DNA of 34,719 bases from Welwitschia mirabilis (Eukaryota): NCBI GenBank assembly GCA_051453625.1, contig JBOZIK010000001.1, positions 33,125,562 to 33,160,280 of the forward strand, in the 5' to 3' direction. A model generated the notes under the pieces. The model was not told the origin of the DNA and made no database searches. It saw nothing but the letters and a program-made list of their open reading frames with translations. Position 1 is the stretch's first letter. Each line of letters opens with the position of its first letter. A program made the translations under genes and the position numbers. Shown here piece by piece: positions 1-12,581 of the stretch.

Positions 1-256
1 AGCTTGGGAGAAGCTAATAATTAAGAGTGAAGTAGGGAAGTTCTCGAACCACTATAAATCTAGTGTGCATCGAATTTCGTAGCTTGTGGATTTTATTCTT
101 TGATTCTTTACTTTCACTTTTTCATTATCATATGCACATTCTTGATTTAGTTATTTTCATATGCAAGCTGTGATTTAGATAGACTTATTTTAGATTTTTA
201 CATAAGTTTTTGAAAGAATCTATTCATCCTCCCCTCTAGGGTTCTCGATCCTATCA
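1..256 (+). mobile_element. 3' end (U5) of a Sirevirus LTR, same family as the 18763-29949 element but opposite orientation
   Basis: Ends TATTCATCCTCCCCTCTAGGGTTCTCGATCCTATCA (C-rich motif, terminal CA at 255-256) and aligns with the reverse complement of 18763-18996. No PBS follows, so it is a 3' or solo LTR. Confidence 0.85.
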
Positions 257-425
257 ATCTCTTCTTTGTGTAATATATTTTTGATGGAACATCTTCTTGA
301 TGTAATGTCTTCTTTGTGTAACTTCTTTTTCATTATATGAAATGTCTTATTGATGTAATGTCTTATTGGTACAAAATCATCTTGACATAATATCTTCTTG
401 ATTATGTAAAATTTCTTCATGATGA
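257..425. repeat. Degenerate ~15-bp tandem repeat (TCTTCTTGATGTAATG-like)
   Basis: Recurrent units tcttctttgtgtaata, tcttcttgatgtaatg, tcttattgatgtaatg, tcatcttgacataata. Confidence 0.7.
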
Positions 426-478
426 GTTTAACACTTGGCCTTTGGATCATGATGCCTTTATTAATTTTATTACCAAAT

Positions 479-580
479 CACTACCACATGTTATTGCCAC
501 ATGTCATTATCACATGTCACTATGACATGTCATTTTCACATGTCACTACCACATGCTATTGGCATATGTCATTGCTACAT
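479..580. repeat. 13-bp tandem repeat, about 8 copies, consensus near CCACATGTCATTG
   Basis: Units ccacatgttattg, ccacatgtcatta, tcacatgtcacta, tgacatgtcattt, tcacatgtcacta, ccacatgctattg, gcatatgtcattg. Confidence 0.9.
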
Positions 581-583
581 TTT

Positions 584-887
584 TGTTGGATATTTTTTTA
601 AATTATTATTAATTTTATGTCTTGAAATAAGGTATAATGAGCATGCCATGTACCATTAGTTAAAGTTTGATTATTTCTATTTCTTTATTTGAGATGAAAT
701 CCAAAAATCATGGGGTTGGATCTAACCTTCTAGCATGTCAAAAATAGTATATTTTTATGTATTTAAACTTATCACGGTTAATAGAAAAATTAAGAATTTT
801 GTTTCATACACGTATCTTTCAATCCCTACTTTCTATTGCGCCTACCCAAGCTCTAATCTGTGCTGTAGGGATTTTAGAATTCTAACA
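584..887 (+). repeat. 5' LTR of the small Copia element
   Basis: Begins TG at 584, ends TCTAACA at 887, aligns with 3796-4063. Confidence 0.85.
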
Positions 888-901
888 TGGGGTATCATAG
901 C
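888..901 (+). promoter_or_regulatory. Primer-binding site, tRNA-iMet type, degenerate
   Basis: TGGGGTATCATAGC directly after the LTR terminal CA, versus canonical TGGTATCAGAGC. Confidence 0.75.
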
Positions 902-2143
902 ATTAAGAGATGATTATTACATAATCCTAACTCTTAAAAGATATAATTATAATTAAAGCTTTAAGAATTCTATGTGGAGGAAGGAAATCCTTTAGATAAA
1001 TGAAGAAGAAGGCCAAAATTTAGATGAAAATGATAGTATACATTAGGGCTTCAAATGAAAACTGAAAGTTCTCTGCTTAGGAAAAGTGTTTACTCTCTTT
1101 TACATTTCTCTTATAGATCTATTTAGGAGTTTTCATAAGCATAGTTTAAATACTAAAAATAAATTAGCTAGATTTCATGAGAGTTCCCAATATTCCACTG
1201 GTTCAATAGACTTCTAGTTGAAAAGTCCACAACACCTATGTAATAAGAAGAAAATAGTGGAATTGGAAGCCACTAAAAGGATGCTATGATAGCAAAAAAG
1301 CTTAATGAAATCATTGAATTTCTTTTAAATTCTTTAAAACTATTTTAATCTATGATATAATCAACCTATTTTCAAAAATTGTTCAAGTTCACTCTAATCT
1401 AAGTAGGCACCATTTCCAGTGTAGATGCATCAAATACTGTCATTCCCCTTTGATTTAAACCTTCTTAACTAATTTTTACTTTTATTAGAACTTCTCATAT
1501 AGAGCTTTTTTGTGGTCTATGGAAAGCCCTCATCACTTGGGACATAGCCACCCCCTAAAAACATGCACAGAAGGAAGACATTTATGGAGACTCAATCATC
1601 TAAAAAATCGTTGTTGCCAGTGTTGTCCATTAAACACATTTCAAATCATACTCCTCTCACTTGTTTAGGTCCTTTTAAGGCTTTATTCACATTTTTGAAT
1701 AATATCTTAACCACTCAAATTTAAGCATATTTGTGGGAAAAGGTCTAGTTTATAATATTTTTAACTTTTATTAATGAATTTTTAAAGTAATTTTTTAAAA
1801 ATGGATTAGCTNNNNNNNNNNNNNNNNNNNNNNNNNNNNNNNNNNNNNNNNNNNNNNNNNNNNNNNNNNNNNNNNNNNNNNNNNNNNNNNNNNNNNNNNN
1901 NNNNNNNNNNNAGTAATTTTTTAAAAATGGATTAGTTCTAAGGAGTATGACCCTTAGACCTTATAAAATTTTTAATAAAATTTTCTTTTATTAGGGAGGA
2001 ATAGTGAATATTCAAGGGGCTAGGAGGTATTTAATTCTCTATGGATTTTTGTAAGGTGATGAGGAAAATCATCTTTAAGTATTGATTATTTGAAAGACTT
2101 AAAATTACCTACTCTCATTAAGTGAACCTAAAGAAGGACAATC

Positions 2144-3460
2144 ATGGAAAAGGAGATGAAAAAATTTAATGGTAAAAGTTTCCATACATGGCAAGTTAAG
2201 ATGAAACTATTGCTAATTAATAAAGGTGTCTGGAAGGTTACAAGTGATAAAAATCCAAAACCTAAAGATGCTATAAATTTAAAGAATGGGAAGATGCCAA
2301 GAAGCCCTTTCATTAATTTACTTAAATCTTGAAAATGATTATCTTCATCACATTGACTTAAGCAAATATTCAAAAGAGGTTTGGAATGATTTAAGCACAT
2401 TCTTTGGTTCCAAAGAAAATAAGGCAATGTAAAGTCTTAAGCATCAACTATATAGTTTATAAATGAAAAGTTTAACTAACATGGATTAATATATTATTTA
2501 CTTTAGGTCATTCTTAATACAACTTATAGTAGTAAATTCAAAGACTGATGATGATGCTAAAGCAATTTTGCTCAGTAATATTCTTTCATAATATGATCAT
2601 ATTGTGTNNNNNNNNNNNNNNNNNNNNNNNNNNNNNNNNNNNNNNNNNNNNNNNNNNNNNNNNNNNNNNNNNNNNNNNNNNNNNNNNNNNNNNNNNNNNN
2701 NNNNNNNATTATTTAAAAGACTTAAAATTACCTACTTCAATTAAGTGAATCTAAAGAAGGACAATCATGTAAAAGGAGATGGAAAAATTTAATGGTAAAA
2801 GTTTCCATACATGGCAAGTTAAGATGAAACTATTAGTAATTAATAAAGGTGTCTAGAAGGTTATAAGTGGTAAAAATCCAAAACCTAAAGATGCTATAAA
2901 GTTGGAGAATGAGAAGATGCAGATCAAGAAGCCTTTAATTAATTAACTTAAATATTGAAAATGATTATCTTCATCACATTGGCTTAAGCAAATATTCAAA
3001 AGAGGTTTGGAATGATTTAAGCACATTCTTTAGTTCCAAAGAAAATAAGGCAAAGTAAAGTCTTAAGCATCAACTATATAGTTTATAAATGAAAAGTTTA
3101 ACTAAAATGGATTAATATATTAATTACTTTAGATCATTCTTAATACAACTTATAGTAGTAAATTCAAAGACTGATGATGATGATGCTAAAGAAATTTTTC
3201 TCAATAATATTCTTTCATAATATGATCATATTCTGTTTACCTTGAGAAAGATTCATGTATCACTTGAAGGAATAATATCATCTATCATTGAAAAAAGTAA
3301 TAAGTTAAAGCATCAATAATATGATCCAAAATCATTTATTTCAATAAGAAAGCCCTTTAACAATTAATATTTTAGAATCCAGAAAGCAACAAGAAAGAAA
3401 AGCAATGAATCTATAATATTGTGAAAGTCAAGGGCGTATTGCACTTAAATTACTTCCAAT
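2144..3460 (+). pseudogene. gag: Decayed Copia gag; two overlapping copies either side of the 2608-2707 gap
   Basis: KFNGKSFHTWQVKMKLLLINKGVW matches the Copia gag N-terminal motif (KFxGxNFxxWxxKMxxxL), followed by SKEVWNDL and LKHQLYSL*M. A decayed CCHC-like knuckle (..CESQGRIA..) lies at ~3410-3452. Many stops and frameshifts. Confidence 0.85.
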
Positions 3461-3780
3461 GATAAGAGATCTTTTAGATTGAAAGTTAAAAGTATTAGTA
3501 GTAAAAACAAGTTCTTCTATGAAGAATGATTCTTTAATAGACTAAGATTAGATATTGATATTGTAATCTTCCTTATTTAATGAACTCATGATGAGTTCTT
3601 ATATGTGATGAACTTTATTACGTTCTACTTAACTCATTTAAGTCCTATATGTGGTGACCTCTTTAAGTTCTTAATAGTNNNNNNNNNNNNNNNNNNNNNN
3701 NNNNNNNNNNNNNNNNNNNNNNNNNNNNNNNNNNNNNNNNNNNNNNNNNNNNNNNNNNNNNNNNNNNNNNNNNNNNNTAT

Positions 3781-3795
3781 CATCAAAGAGGGGTT
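3781..3795 (+). promoter_or_regulatory. Polypurine tract
   Basis: CATCAAAGAGGGGTT immediately before the TG of the 3' LTR. Confidence 0.75.
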
Positions 3796-4063
3796 TGTTA
3801 GATATTGTTATTAACTATTATTAATTTTACATTTTCAAACATGGTACAATGAATATGCCTATGTACCATTAGTTAAAGCTTGATTATTTTTATTTCTTTA
3901 TTTTGAATGAAATCTAAAAATCATGGGATTGGATCCAACCTTCTATCATGTCAAAAATAGCATATTTTTATGTATTTAAACTTACCATGATTAATAGAAA
4001 AATTAAGAGTTTCATTTCTAATGCATATCCTTACCCAAGTTCTAATCTGTGCTTTAGAGATTT
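3796..4063 (+). repeat. 3' LTR of the small Copia element (end hidden in gap)
   Basis: Diverged direct repeat of 584-874 with a small internal indel. Confidence 0.85.
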
Positions 4064-4095
4064 NNNNNNNNNNNNNNNNNNNNNNNNNNNNNNNN

Positions 4096-4270
4096 TCATT
4101 AAATACTCATAATTACTCCATTTTGATCTAAATTATTATTAATTATTTATCTTTAGCCTTTGATATCAAAAGTGGTTAATTTAAGTATTAAACCTATAAA
4201 AAGGACTTGAAAACACACTCTAAACATGATGTTAAATATGGCCAATTTGGCTTGCAATAGTAAGTTATCA
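4096..4270 (-). mobile_element. Probable 5' start of a Gypsy-like LTR, likely continuing at 583-257
   Basis: Minus strand begins TGATAACTTACTATTGC at 4270, resembling Athila-type LTR starts. It abuts the LINE remnant on one side and the Copia insertion on the other. No second copy is present to confirm it. Confidence 0.4.
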
Positions 4271-4329
4271 ATTAAAAGTATCTACTCTTAAAGATTAGTT
4301 TAAAAGTTGAAATTAATAAAACATGAATT

Positions 4330-6900
4330 AATCATTCAGAAAGAAATAGCTTAATGATTTCTTTAGAAATGTCAAGTTCCAACTCATGGAAGATCTAAGG
4401 AGTAAAATGAATCCTCTAATACTTGCACTATTTATGAGAAATACCTTATTGTTCAAGTTCATGAAATCTCATTAAAATAAGAATCATATGAAAATAGCAT
4501 TCACGAAATTAGTGGCTTAAGAAAGAAGATTGTAAAACTAAATTACTTTTCTAGATGATAAATAAGCACTAGCAACATAATTGCATTTAGTGGAGAAAAT
4601 ATAAAACGTACTATAAGAGTAATCAACAAATTATAGATTTATTTATTATTTATTTTTAGGAACTTTTTTTAGAAAAATAGGTTGATTTTAAAGAGATTCT
4701 GGTAGCTTCCCCTCCATCCCTGATGCCCCAGTGCCCATCCACCAAATCTCTGAGCATCAATTTAGATTTCTTAGTCAAAGAATCATGGACGATGAAATTA
4801 GAAATATTATCAACTCTATGTAGAATAATTTTGCCCCTGTTTACGTAGGTTTATAGTGGATTTTTACTAGAAGTATTAGGATGTCATCAAATTAGATGTT
4901 TATTATTAGATGTTTATATGGTAATTCTAGAAACTTTCAACAAAGGTAATTTCTATAGGTTATTTAATGATACCTTTGTTACTATTATTTTCAAGTCAAA
5001 AGATGTTGATAATCCAAATTATTATAGGCCTATCAATTTGTGTAACATGTTCTACATAATCTATAGGAGACACATAGCTTAATAGTTAAAAGCATTACTC
5101 CCTGATTGAATTTAATCCTCTCAATCATGATTAATCTCAAGAAAGATTATTTTTAATAATATCATTTTAGGTAATTGAATTATTCACTTGCATCACAAGA
5201 AGAATAAACTAATAACATTACTTAAGCTTAATATTGCTAATGTGTTTATCATATTACAATAGGAGATGATAGATTACATACTATAAAAGCATGGTTTTCT
5301 CATGCTGCTTAAGAATGTGATTATATTTTTTATCTTTACATCCACCTTCTTAGTTGTGATTAATAAAGAGTGATTCAATTATTTTCATAGTAATATAGGC
5401 CTTCATAAGGATATCCATTATCTCCTTGTCTTTTTATCTTAATCATGAGTTCACTTGCTAGATTAGTTATTTAGCATAAAATTTTAACTATAATTCTACC
5501 TTCTAAGTTTTCCATTATTTAGTTTTTCATTAATACATTACTACAGTTAGATTCTAGTCTTCTAGTAGCTCTCTAAACTTGTAATATTTTTAAATGATTT
5601 TAAGGAATTTTTAGCTCTAAAGAATAAGTGGAAGGAGTCTAAGCTCTTTATGCTAAACATGCCTCAGCAGAGAAAATCAGATATTTTGAAAGTTTTTTAT
5701 TATTCCTAACAAAATTTTCTTGACTTTTATTTAAGTCTTTCTCTAGGCTCATAACACACTATAGATAATATATGGCTTTCTATTATTAAGAAAATTATAG
5801 TAACATTGACACAATAGTAAAAAAGTTTTCTTTCTAGCACAATGCAAAATCCTCCTAACAAAAGCTTGTTTAGTAAGGACAACTAGTTACCTTATGAGCT
5901 ACTTTTCTATTTCTAACACGTTCACCAGTATCATTGATAATTTAATTAGAGACTTTATTTGGTCAAGTTGGAAATCCCACAAAAGGCATGTTGACATCTA
6001 CAATAATATTTGATAAGGATACATTTGCTTATGTCTATAATTTTTATTATACCAAGACCTCGAGAAGTTAATTTTTTTAAAGCAAGATTATAAAGACAAA
6101 GAGTATACTCCATTTTTTAGAGGCAANNNNNNNNNNNNNNNNNNNNNNNNNNNNNNNNNNNNNNNNNNNNNNNNNNNNNNNNNNNNNNNNNNNNNNNNNN
6201 NNNNNNNNNNNNNNNNNNNNNNNNNNCATTGATAATATGATTAGAGACTTTATTTGGTCAGGTGGGAAATCCCAAAAAAGGCATGTTGACATCTACAATA
6301 ATATTTGATGAGGATACATTTGCTTATGTCTATAATTTTTATTATACCAAGACCTTGAGAAGTTAAATTTTTTAAAGTAAGATTATAGAGACAAAGAATA
6401 TTCTCCATTTTTTAGAGGCAAATGATTTAGTCTACAAGAGAGGTATGACCCCTAATTTTCTATGATCAAATGCTCCCCATTCAAAATGGTAAGATAAGTA
6501 TTTCTAATATGTATTACAATTTCTTTAAATTTAATAGTAGATGAAAAGAATTATGGAAGCTCAAAATCCCAAAAAAAATCATGATGTCTTTATGATATAT
6601 GATAAAAGGATGCATTCTGATAGCAAACATGCTTATTTATAAAAATTTTTGAATAGATCAAGATTGTCTTATGTGTTATAAGGATAATGAAATATGATAT
6701 TATTTATTTATCTAATCTTCCTTTGTAAAAGATCTTTGGACCTGTCTTAAAGATTCTTTCCCCATGAATTTTAGTATAAATAAGTTCTGCCTTTTCAAGA
6801 AGAATAATAACATCGTTATAGGAATATGGCTTCTTTGGAAATACAAATGTAATATCATTTTTTAGAATGAAAATTTATTTATTTCTCAATTACTTACAAA
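4330..6900 (+). mobile_element. Heavily decayed plant L1-clade LINE ORF2 (reverse transcriptase and zf-RVT), 5' part absent
   Basis: Ordered motifs: SRN*WLKKEDCKTK (4501; SRxxWLKxGDxNTK), DEIRNIINSM*NNFAP..FY*KY*DVI (4790-4890), NDTFVTIIFK..YRPINLCNMFY (4965-5056), LKLNIA (5221; LKLDxxK), GYPLSPCLFI (5409; QGDPLSPYLF), CLMC...E...LF.....LW (6665-6740), IWLLWKYKCNIIF (6824-6862). Confidence 0.92.
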
Positions 6901-7944
6901 GAGTACTAGACAAAGTGGAGAGCTACTTGAATTCATGGTCATATGAGGGAGGCATTACCAAACACTGTAAATAGAGATGTAGAGCATGATTTATAGACTA
7001 GTCTAAAGGACGAGGTGTTGGATTTACACTGAAGTGATCTAGAATCATCCAAAACATGTCATAAGAGCACTATAAACATGTTAGAAGATATGGAAAAAAT
7101 ATTATGAATAGAGCACTGCAAACATGATACTAATTCATGAATAGTCTTGGGAGGCCTTTCAAGAAATAGGATGAAGTTTACATGTTATAAGAGAACATGA
7201 TCCTAATCTGTCAAAGGATTTTTTAGAAATTTGAATGAAATATTCTCAAGAATTGATAATACTATTATTTTTATTGATGTTCCTTCGATTAGTAATGTCA
7301 TTCACACATGTCCACAAGGAATAGAACTAAAAAGGAAAGATTCCAAAGTTTTCATAGTTTTACTATTTGAGAATCTCATTAAAAAGTCTCTTAAGAAAAG
7401 AGAAGGTGGCTATTAAAGAAAATATCTTTCAAAGCCATTTTATGCTTGGACCATCCTAATCATGAATTATTTCACTTTGGAGGAAATTTTTTAACAAGAT
7501 TAATGATTTTTACTTTTATTTTCTAATTGTCATGATGGGGGAATTTCACATAAATCTCCCATCCTTCCTCTCTAATTTCCTTTGCTATTCTCTTCAAAGC
7601 TACAAGGCGAGACATGAAGGATTAATTTTTGAAAGATGGCTATTCTACTTTTCTTGAGTTTTTAACAATTGATAGCCATAGATATCTGCAATTTAGAAAG
7701 ACATCTTTAACATAAATATTTACATATATTAAATATGTCTTTAAGGGCTCAATAATTTCATGATTAAGATTAATATTATTTAATCCTTTTTAAGTAATAA
7801 AAACTTATTTAGGTACTTAAAATAAGATTCTGATAAAACATTAATTCTAATTAGCATAACTTTTATCTCAACTTACAATTAATAACAAATAGAACTATGA
7901 TAAGTTAAGGTTGAAGGGCAGTTACTTGTTGACTTACCTAATTA

Positions 7945-10900
7945 GGAAAGTCCTAATTCTCAAATTTTACTAAAGCTTAAATAAACTTTCTTCACTTAAT
8001 ATCTTGGTGAAGACATTAACAAGTTAACACTATGTCTTGATATACTTCAATGTAATATCACCATTTTGTATAAGTTCTTATAGAAAATGATGTCTAATTT
8101 TAATATGTTTTATTCTAGAGTATTAAATAGGGTTTTTAAATATGTTTATTGTACTCTTATTTAAACAATTGATAGGTGTGTTCTCCATGTTGGATCCAAA
8201 GTTTCTTAATATTTGTTTCATCATAGCACCTATGCATAATGAGTTCCACTAGCATGATATTTAGCTTAAATGGTTGAAAGGATAGTTGAGTTTTATTTCT
8301 TAATACTCCATAATATTATGCATCATCTTGATAAGTAGTAGCTTCTACTTGTACTTATTCTATCATCTTTATAGCCTATCCAATCTGCATTATAATATCT
8401 AATTAAATTGAGACAATAATCCTCTGAGTACCAAAGGTTCCAATTGGTAGTACCCTTTAAATAGTAAAACATTCTCTTAATAACTATAAGATGTGATTCT
8501 ATAAGGTTAGTTTGTTAATAAGCATAAATTCCTATACTAAATAAGATATATATCCTACTAGCAATAAGATAAGGTAAACTTCTAATCATATCTTTGTGCA
8601 ACTTTTAATCAACTTCTTTACCATGTTTATTTTTGTTCATTTTGGTGCCTTGGTTTGTAAGTGTATTCTTGCAATTCTACAACCCATATTTAACTAATAA
8701 TTCTTGATATAATTTGTTTAGGAAATTAATGTAACTTTTCTATATTGCACAACTTTCAAACCTAATAACTTGTTTATTTCTGTTATTAGGCTTATTTCAA
8801 ATTTATTGTGCATTATCTTATCAAAATTTTTGAAAAATGATTTGTTAATAGCACCAAATATAATATCATCCATGTAGATTTATAACATAGTAAAATCATT
8901 ACCATCAATCCTAATAAATCATTTAATATTAGATGTACCTCTTTTAAAACTATTATAAATAAATTAACTTGAAAGTCTTCCATATTATGCTTTTAGATCT
9001 TGCTTGAGCCTATAAAGAGCACTTTTTAACTTGTAAACATAGTCTAAATTATTAATATTAGTAAACATTCAGATTTCTAAACATATACCTCTTCTTTTAG
9101 AACTCTATTCAAAAAGTCACTCTTGACATCTATTTGATAGAGCTTGAATCCTTTAAAGCATGCAAATGCAAGAAGAATTTTGATTAACTTTGTACATGCT
9201 ACTAGTGAAAAGGTTTCTTAAAAGTTAANNNNNNNNNNNNNNNNNNNNNNNNNNNNNNNNNNNNNNNNNNNNNNNNNNNNNNNNNNNNNNNNNNNNNNNN
9301 NNNNNNNNNNNNNNNNNNNNNNNNNNNNGGCACACTTGACATCTATTTGATAGAGCTTGAATCCTTTAAAACATGCAAATGCAAGAAGCATTTTGATTAA
9401 CTTTGTACATGCTACTAGTAAAAAGTTTTCTTAAAATTTAATTCCTCATTATTGGTTGTTTTCTTTAACCACTAATCTTGCTTTGTTTCTAATGAAACTT
9501 TCATTTTAATTTGTTTTTCCCCTAAACACCCATTTTGTGCCTATCATGGGTCTGTCTAATGTCTTTACAAATAACTCCTAAACATCCCACCTTTAAAATT
9601 GATTTAATTATTCTTAAATAGTTATTATCTAATTTTCATCACCTTTTGGTTTATTTAAGTTTATATGCTTTACTTAAAAGATGTATACTACATATCCACA
9701 AAACTTTTTAGTGCTACTTTTTATTTGTATACCACCATATGAACTTTCTATTATGTTACTAGTTGAATAACTCTTCTTAGGTCTAAGCACTTAATAAGAA
9801 GTATGCTTCTATAATTATTTTTTCTTTTCCTCTTTCTTGTTTGATTAATTTGATGAGTTATCAATAGATTACTCAATTTATTTAGGCACATAATCATCCT
9901 ACACATAACGAGGTGATGAGTTAGGATGATCTCTCTACCATTCATGTTCTCTTATTGAGCACTTTGTATACTTCAATAACCATTAACTAGGCTAAAAATA
10001 TACCTTCATCAATCTTATAGTAAAATTTTCTAATCTAATTCTTCTTATTGAATATAAAACATTTTGAACCAAAAACATTAAAACAACTTATAGAGGGCTC
10101 CTTCCCAGACCATAATTTTATTAGAACTCTATTAGAAATATAACAAGCAATATTAATGGCCTTTACCCAAAACTAATATGGAATCTATTGACTATTCATC
10201 ATTATTCTTGTCATTTCATTCAGCACCTAGTTATTTCTTTCTGCTAGTATATTCTATTATTGGATTCTTGGACTAAAAATTAGTTATGTATGTCAAATTT
10301 CTCATAGAGGTCCCTAAATTTGGCATTTTTGAATTTAGTTCCATTATCACTCCTTATGGTTTTAATTCTTTATCCTTTCTGATTTTTTAGCTTAATATAC
10401 AACTTAGAAAAGATAACAAAGGCCTCATCCTTATGTGTAAGGGAGGCCACCCATGTAAAATGAGAATAATCACCAATAATGATTAAATAATATCTTTTTT
10501 TATCAAGACTCTTCAAGGTGAAGAACTAGTAATATTAAGATAAAGAAAATATGATGGATGTTTAGTGGTGAAAAATTTTCTTGCCAAATCCTACTCTTAT
10601 TTGCTTTTTCTTTTGATAAGCTTTACAAAGTTAATCATCAAAATTTTGCAACTTAAGTAGTCCTCTTATCTTATATTTTAAGGTAAAATTCTTTAGAATA
10701 TCCTTATTCACATGTCTAAACTTCCTATGCCACATTTTTTCATTGGATGTAGTACTTAATACATACTTAATACCTTTATTAGAAATATCTTATAATGTAG
10801 TAACATAGACATTGGAATTCCTATGACTAGCAAATAAAACTTTATTTGTTTTATGTCCCTTGATACTATAATCACCTTTGATGAAAGTTACAGTAAAATT

Positions 10901-12581
10901 TACATTGCACNNNNNNNNNNNNNNNNNNNNNNNNNNNNNNNNNNNNNNNNNNNNNNNNNNNNNNNNNNNNNNNNNNNNNNNNNNNNNNNNNNNNNNNNNN
11001 NNNNNNNNNNAAACTTCCATTTTTTTCCCCTAAACACCCATTTTGTGCCTATCATTAGTCTGTCTGATGTCTTTACAAATAATTCCTAAACATCCCATCT
11101 TTAACATTGATTTAATTCTTCTTAAATAGTTATTATCTAATTTTCATCACCTTTTGGTTTATTTAAGTTTATAGGCTTCACTTAAAAGATGTATACTACA
11201 TATCCACAAAACTTTTTAGTGCTACTTTTTATTTGTATACCACCATATGGACTTTCTATTGTGTTACTAATTGAATAACTCTTCTTAGGTCTAATCACCT
11301 AATAAGAAGTATGCTTCTCTAATTCTTTTTCCTTTTCCTCTTTCTTGTTTGATTAATTTAATGGGTTATTAATAGATTACTTAATTTATTTAGGCACATA
11401 ATCATCCTACACATTAAGAGGTGATGAGTTAGTATGATCCCTCTACCATCCATGTTCTCTTCTTGAGCACTTTATATGCTTCAATAACCATTAACTGGGC
11501 TAAAAATATACCTTCATCAATCTTGTAGTAAAATTTTCTAAGCTAATCCTTCTTATTGAAGATAAAACATTTTGAACCAAAAACATTAAAATAACTTATA
11601 GAGGCTCCTTCCTATATCATAATTTTATTAGGACTCTATTAGAGATATAACAAGCAATATTAATGGCCTTTACCCAGAACTAATATGGAACCTATTGACT
11701 ATGCATCATTATTCTTGTCATTCCATTCAGCACCTAGTTATTTCTTTCTACTAGTATATTCTATTGTTGGATTCTTGGACTAAAAATTAGTTATGTATGT
11801 CAAATTTCTCATAAAAGCCCATAAATTTGGATTTTTGAATTTAGTTTCATTATCACTCCTTATGGTTTTAATTCTTTATCCTTTCTGATTTTGTAGCCTA
11901 ATATACATCTTAGAAAAGATAACAAAGGCCTCATCCTTATGTGCAAGGGAGGCCACCCATGTAAAATGAGAATAATCATCAATGATGTTTAAATAATATC
12001 TTTTTTATCAATACTCTTCAAGGTGAAGAACTAGTAATATTAAGATAGCGAAAATCTGATGGACGTTTAGTGGTGAAAATTTTTCTTGCTAAATCCTACT
12101 CTTATTTGCTTTTTCTTTTGATAAGATTTGCAAACTTAATCATCAAAATTTACAACTTAAGTAGTCCTCTTATCTTATATTTTAAGGTAAGAGTCTTTAA
12201 AATATCCTTATTCACATGTCTAAACTTCGTATGCCACATTTTTGCATTGGATGTAGTACTTAATACATACTTGATAACTTTATTAGAAATATCTTATAAT
12301 GTAGTAACATACACATTAGAATTCCTGTGACCAGCAAATAAAACTTTATTTGTTTTACATCCCTTGATACTATAATCACCTTTGGTGAAAGTTACAACAA
12401 AATTTACATTGCACAATTTTTGGTAAAAGTTACAATAAAATTTGCATCACATAATTAACTAATATTAAGTAATTACATTACAAGCCTTCAATGTAAAATA
12501 TGTCTTTTCCCTTAAGAAGGCTACCTTTACTAATGATTCCAAGATGTTTGATTGGTGCCTTTATGTTACTACTAAGAGTGA
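7945..12581 (-). pseudogene. pol: Decayed Copia pol (protease C-terminal part, pre-integrase, integrase, RT, RNase H), SIRE/Maximus-like; 9495-10910 is duplicated at 11011-12413
   Basis: Minus-strand motifs in Copia order: MWHRKFRHVN (~10730), IIGDYSHFTWV (~10480), IRSDNGT (~10357), FWVKAINIACY (~10172), IGTKWVF (~9545), RNKARLVV (~9490), LYQIDVKS (~9143), ALYRLKQ (~9020), V*IYMDDIIFG (~8886), SRIKHIKIRHHFL (~8120), LVNVFTK (~8023). Confidence 0.95.

Larger units (their letters stand above)
584..4080 (+). mobile_element. Small Ty1/Copia-type LTR retroelement with only gag recognisable
   Basis: Two ~300-bp direct repeats starting TGTT(G/A)GATATT at 584 and 3796, a degenerate PBS at 888-901, a PPT at 3781-3795 and a Copia gag remnant between. 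The right end falls in the 4064-4095 gap. Confidence 0.85.

Noticed and set aside
479-580. Short regular repeats as a CRISPR array
   Set aside because: The units are contiguous 13-mers with no unique spacers, there are no cas genes, and the context is eukaryotic TE sequence.
220-601. ORFs 220-450 and 419-601 as small proteins
   Set aside because: Their repetitive peptides come from the underlying tandem repeats.
9495-12413. A Copia element with a genuinely duplicated integrase
   Set aside because: The duplicate is centred on a 100-N gap and shares inactivating lesions, like many other gap-flanking pairs, so it is more likely an assembly or haplotype effect.
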